A DNA stretch of 38,650 nt, from the NCBI GenBank assembly GCA_964412685.1, contig CAYPPS010000004.1, positions 1 through 38,650 of the forward strand, read 5' to 3'. The stretch comes from an uncultured Gammaproteobacteria bacterium (GTDB taxonomy: Bacteria; Patescibacteriota; Microgenomatia; PFEM01; CAYPPS01). Numbering within the stretch: position 1 is the stretch's first letter; each line of letters opens with the position of its first letter. Below, in pieces: positions 36,832 through 38,650 of this stretch. Under the pieces are notes generated by a model. It was not told the DNA's origin and ran no database searches. It saw nothing but the letters and a program-made list of their open reading frames with translations. Made by a program: the position numbers and the translations under genes.

Positions 36832-37467
36832 CTACTGGTTGGCTGGGTATAGAGTATTTGGTGGAGCACCAGGAACAAAATGATGTTCAACACAACGAGC
36901 TTCATAACCTTCTTCTTTATCTCCAACAAGAATGACCGGATCGTTATAATCAGCTGGTTGTCCTCCTATCTGACGATATGTTTCTGTCGCCGGTTGACCG
37001 CAAATTTGACCGTTCTTTTCGAAAGTGCAAACCGCCGTAAAAGGGTGAAGGTTTTGAGCCATCAACAAGATGATTGGCATCGAGCCAAAAGGTTCACCTC
37101 GAAAATCCCGTTGCAAGCCAGCAACGATCACTCGGATATCCAAATCACAAGCGAGATGTTTTATCACTCCAGGTAATTCCTTGTCGAAAAACTAAGCTTC
37201 ATCAATTCCAATAACTAATCCTTCTCCAATTTCTTTTTTTAAGGCTTCAACTTGAGTTTTTAAACCTTGCGATCCTTCAACGACAAAGGCATCGATTTGA
37301 GTACCGTCTTTGAAAACAATCACTTGCTCATTTTCTCGATTATCGATCGCTGGCTTGAAACAGACCACCGGTCTTCAAGCAATTTTTTCTCGATTGAGGA
37401 TTCGAATTAGTTCAGTTGTTTTACCTGAATTCATTGGACCGACAATTACTTCAATCTCTTTGGTCAT
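36832..37467 (-). pseudogene. tdk: Thymidine kinase with two in-frame stop codons
   Basis: One frame reads MTKEIEVIVGPMNSGKTTEL...KIA*RPVVCFKPAIDNR...VIGIDEA*FFD...VIVAGLQRDFRGEPF...YEARCVEHH. The stops are TGA at 37375-37377 and TAG at 37192-37194. Confidence 0.85.
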
Positions 37468-37695
37468 ACGAAAAAGATTATAGGAGCAAGAGTAATGGTA
37501 AACAAGTCCTTCTGGATGCTCCCTCACAAAACAATCTCCCAAATTCGATTTTGTTTGATACTATTTAGTAATTGAAGAATTAATCAAAGCAGAGTTTATT
37601 GTTTTAAAAATAAAAAGTAATTTAATTGAAGGATTGATTTGCTATACTAAAAAAGTCTAGAGATCATAGACAAATTTGCAACGAAAGGAGTAGAG

Positions 37696-37752
37696 ATGTC
37701 GAAAGACAGGAATGTTCGTTGCTGGAATGCTCTCCATTGTGAAAGGGGGTGA
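37696..37752 (+). CDS. Candidate 18-codon small ORF (MSKDRNVRCWNALHCERG) with a strong SD
   Basis: AAAGGAG lies 5 nt upstream of the ATG. The SD and ATG sit inside an 8-bp stem, GCAACGAA (37678-37685) / TTCGTTGC (37715-37722). Confidence 0.2.
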   Translation: MSKDRNVRCWNALHCERG

Positions 37753-37765
37753 TCCGAAATCTAGC

Positions 37766-37800
37766 TCCCGGAAGGGTTAATTGGTTTAACTCTTCCGGGA
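37766..37800 (+). terminator. Long hairpin (about 15 bp) after the small ORF; weak T-tract
   Basis: TCCCGGAAGGGTTAA-ttggt-TTAACTCTTCCGGGA followed by AGTTT. Confidence 0.35.
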
Positions 37801-38092
37801 AGTTTACACTCAGAAATTCCGCAATCAAATAAGACTGTGTGTGAAAGAAGAAAGTGACCCCGGCGAGACCTATTCGAACTCCCTTATTTTGTCTTTAGAC
37901 AGCTAAACGAAAGTTTTGACCAAAGTACTTATCCAGCTATTCAAAATTATCAATTTAATTACTAATCTACCTTCGTTTTGAACAATTCTCTTACTTTTAC
38001 CTCAAAGCCCACTGGTGAAAGTTGACGGGGCCTTTAGGCAGAGACTGATCACATTAAGTTACACCACGACACAGTATGGTATCATTACAACA

Positions 38093-38404
38093 ATGAGGCA
38101 AAAAAAACCTTCCCCTCTTTTACCGAGGAATATCAAAGTCAGGATTCTTCGAGGAAAATCTGGCAATTGGATAGCAGAACTTCCCGACCACGATTGTTTG
38201 TTTACTGAAGCCGACAATTTCTTAGAGTTGGTGGATAATGTGAATGATCTGGTTTTTACCATTTATAACATCCCCATGAATTTGCGGAAGACCGTATGCC
38301 TCCTCCCACCACAACTACAACCAACGCCTTCCCAGTCCCAAAGGCCAATCAGATTTAGTTCTTTTTATCAACCCAAGATTTTAGAAAAACATAGCGTGAT
38401 TTAA
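38093..38404 (+). CDS. HicB-like (UPF0150) antitoxin candidate
   Basis: IKVRILRGKSGNWIAELPDHDCLFTEADNFLELVDNVNDLVFTIY fits the HicB N-terminal pattern. Start taken as the ATG at 38093. It directly abuts the next gene. Confidence 0.45.
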   Translation: MRQKKPSPLLPRNIKVRILRGKSGNWIAELPDHDCLFTEADNFLELVDNVNDLVFTIYNIPMNLRKTVCLLPPQLQPTPSQSQRPIRFSSFYQPKILEKHSVI

Positions 38405-38647
38405 ATGAAGTCTTTTGGTGAAAGAGAACTTCGAAAGTGCCTAAAAAGGTTAGGTTTTACTTGTCAAAACCCCGAAGCTCGTCATTCTATACTTTACCCA
38501 CCCAAAGGTCGCAAGTGTACCGGGAAATATCCCTTTCTCACTGTTCAATCGGGTCGAAAGACTTACGACCGCAATGCTCAAAATAGGTATATTACACAAA
38601 TTAAGAAACTGGGCTTCACCAAAAAAGAGATCGAAAAAAACTTGTGA
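38405..38647 (+). CDS. HicA-like mRNA interferase toxin candidate
   Basis: ELRKCLKRLGFTCQNPEARHSILYPP...FLTVQSGRKTYDRNAQNRYITQIKKLGFTKKEI follows the HicA dsRBD-like pattern. Confidence 0.55.
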   Translation: MKSFGERELRKCLKRLGFTCQNPEARHSILYPPKGRKCTGKYPFLTVQSGRKTYDRNAQNRYITQIKKLGFTKKEIEKNL

Positions 38648-38650
38648 CCC

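Noticed and set aside
37740-37800. CCCGGAAGGG resembles the GGAA-tetraloop apex of SRP RNA, and GTGAAAGGGGGTGA resembles an RNase P segment.
   Set aside because: The flanking conserved elements are absent: the AGCA/GGAA symmetric loop of SRP and the GAGGAAAGUCCGG of RNase P. The long hairpin apex is TTGGT, not GNRA.
1-38650. Possible UGA or UAG reassignment (for example code 25) to explain the in-frame stops.
   Set aside because: TGA, TAG and TAA all terminate full-length, well-conserved genes here. Examples are the TGA stops of the GT2 gene, gatA and the RM enzyme, and the TAG stop of the SurA-like gene. Long genes contain no internal stops.
1-38650. CRISPR arrays, IS elements, integrases, reverse transcriptases.
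   Set aside because: I saw no regularly spaced direct repeats and no ORF with transposase, integrase or RT motifs on either strand.

Overview
Low-GC, tightly packed bacterial DNA. The gene content and short, SD-poor leaders fit a reduced-genome lineage such as Patescibacteria/CPR, but that placement is inference only. There are two parts. (1) An accessory region at about 3.6-16.1 kb is anchored on two identical tRNA-Thr(CGU) genes. It holds a THUMP-type methyltransferase, an unrecognised three-gene cassette ending in a PIN nuclease, and two copies of a hairpin element that shows a compensatory base change. It also holds a plus-strand defence island: MerR-like HTH, RhuM, then one translationally coupled operon. 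That operon encodes a single-chain PD-ExK + N6-adenine methyltransferase restriction-modification enzyme, a DUF4297 (Cap4-like) nuclease, a HerA-type ATPase and a DUF2130 protein. The DUF4297 gene has one in-frame TAG. The HerA gene needs a -1 shift exactly at an A_AAA_AAG heptamer. (2) A housekeeping block: lexA, cell-envelope genes, tspO, tRNA-Gly, tRNA-Asp, LysM protein, polX, clpB, lemA-htpX, gatCAB, dnaE, rplS, SurA-like, MBL hydrolase, Trx-CcdA, lutAB-like, prs and a hicBA-like pair. This block also contains gene relics: an MFS fragment inside gatCAB, a truncated HlyD adaptor, and a thymidine kinase with two in-frame stops. No CRISPR array, transposase, integrase or rRNA was seen. All calls come from reading motifs by eye; no searches were run.
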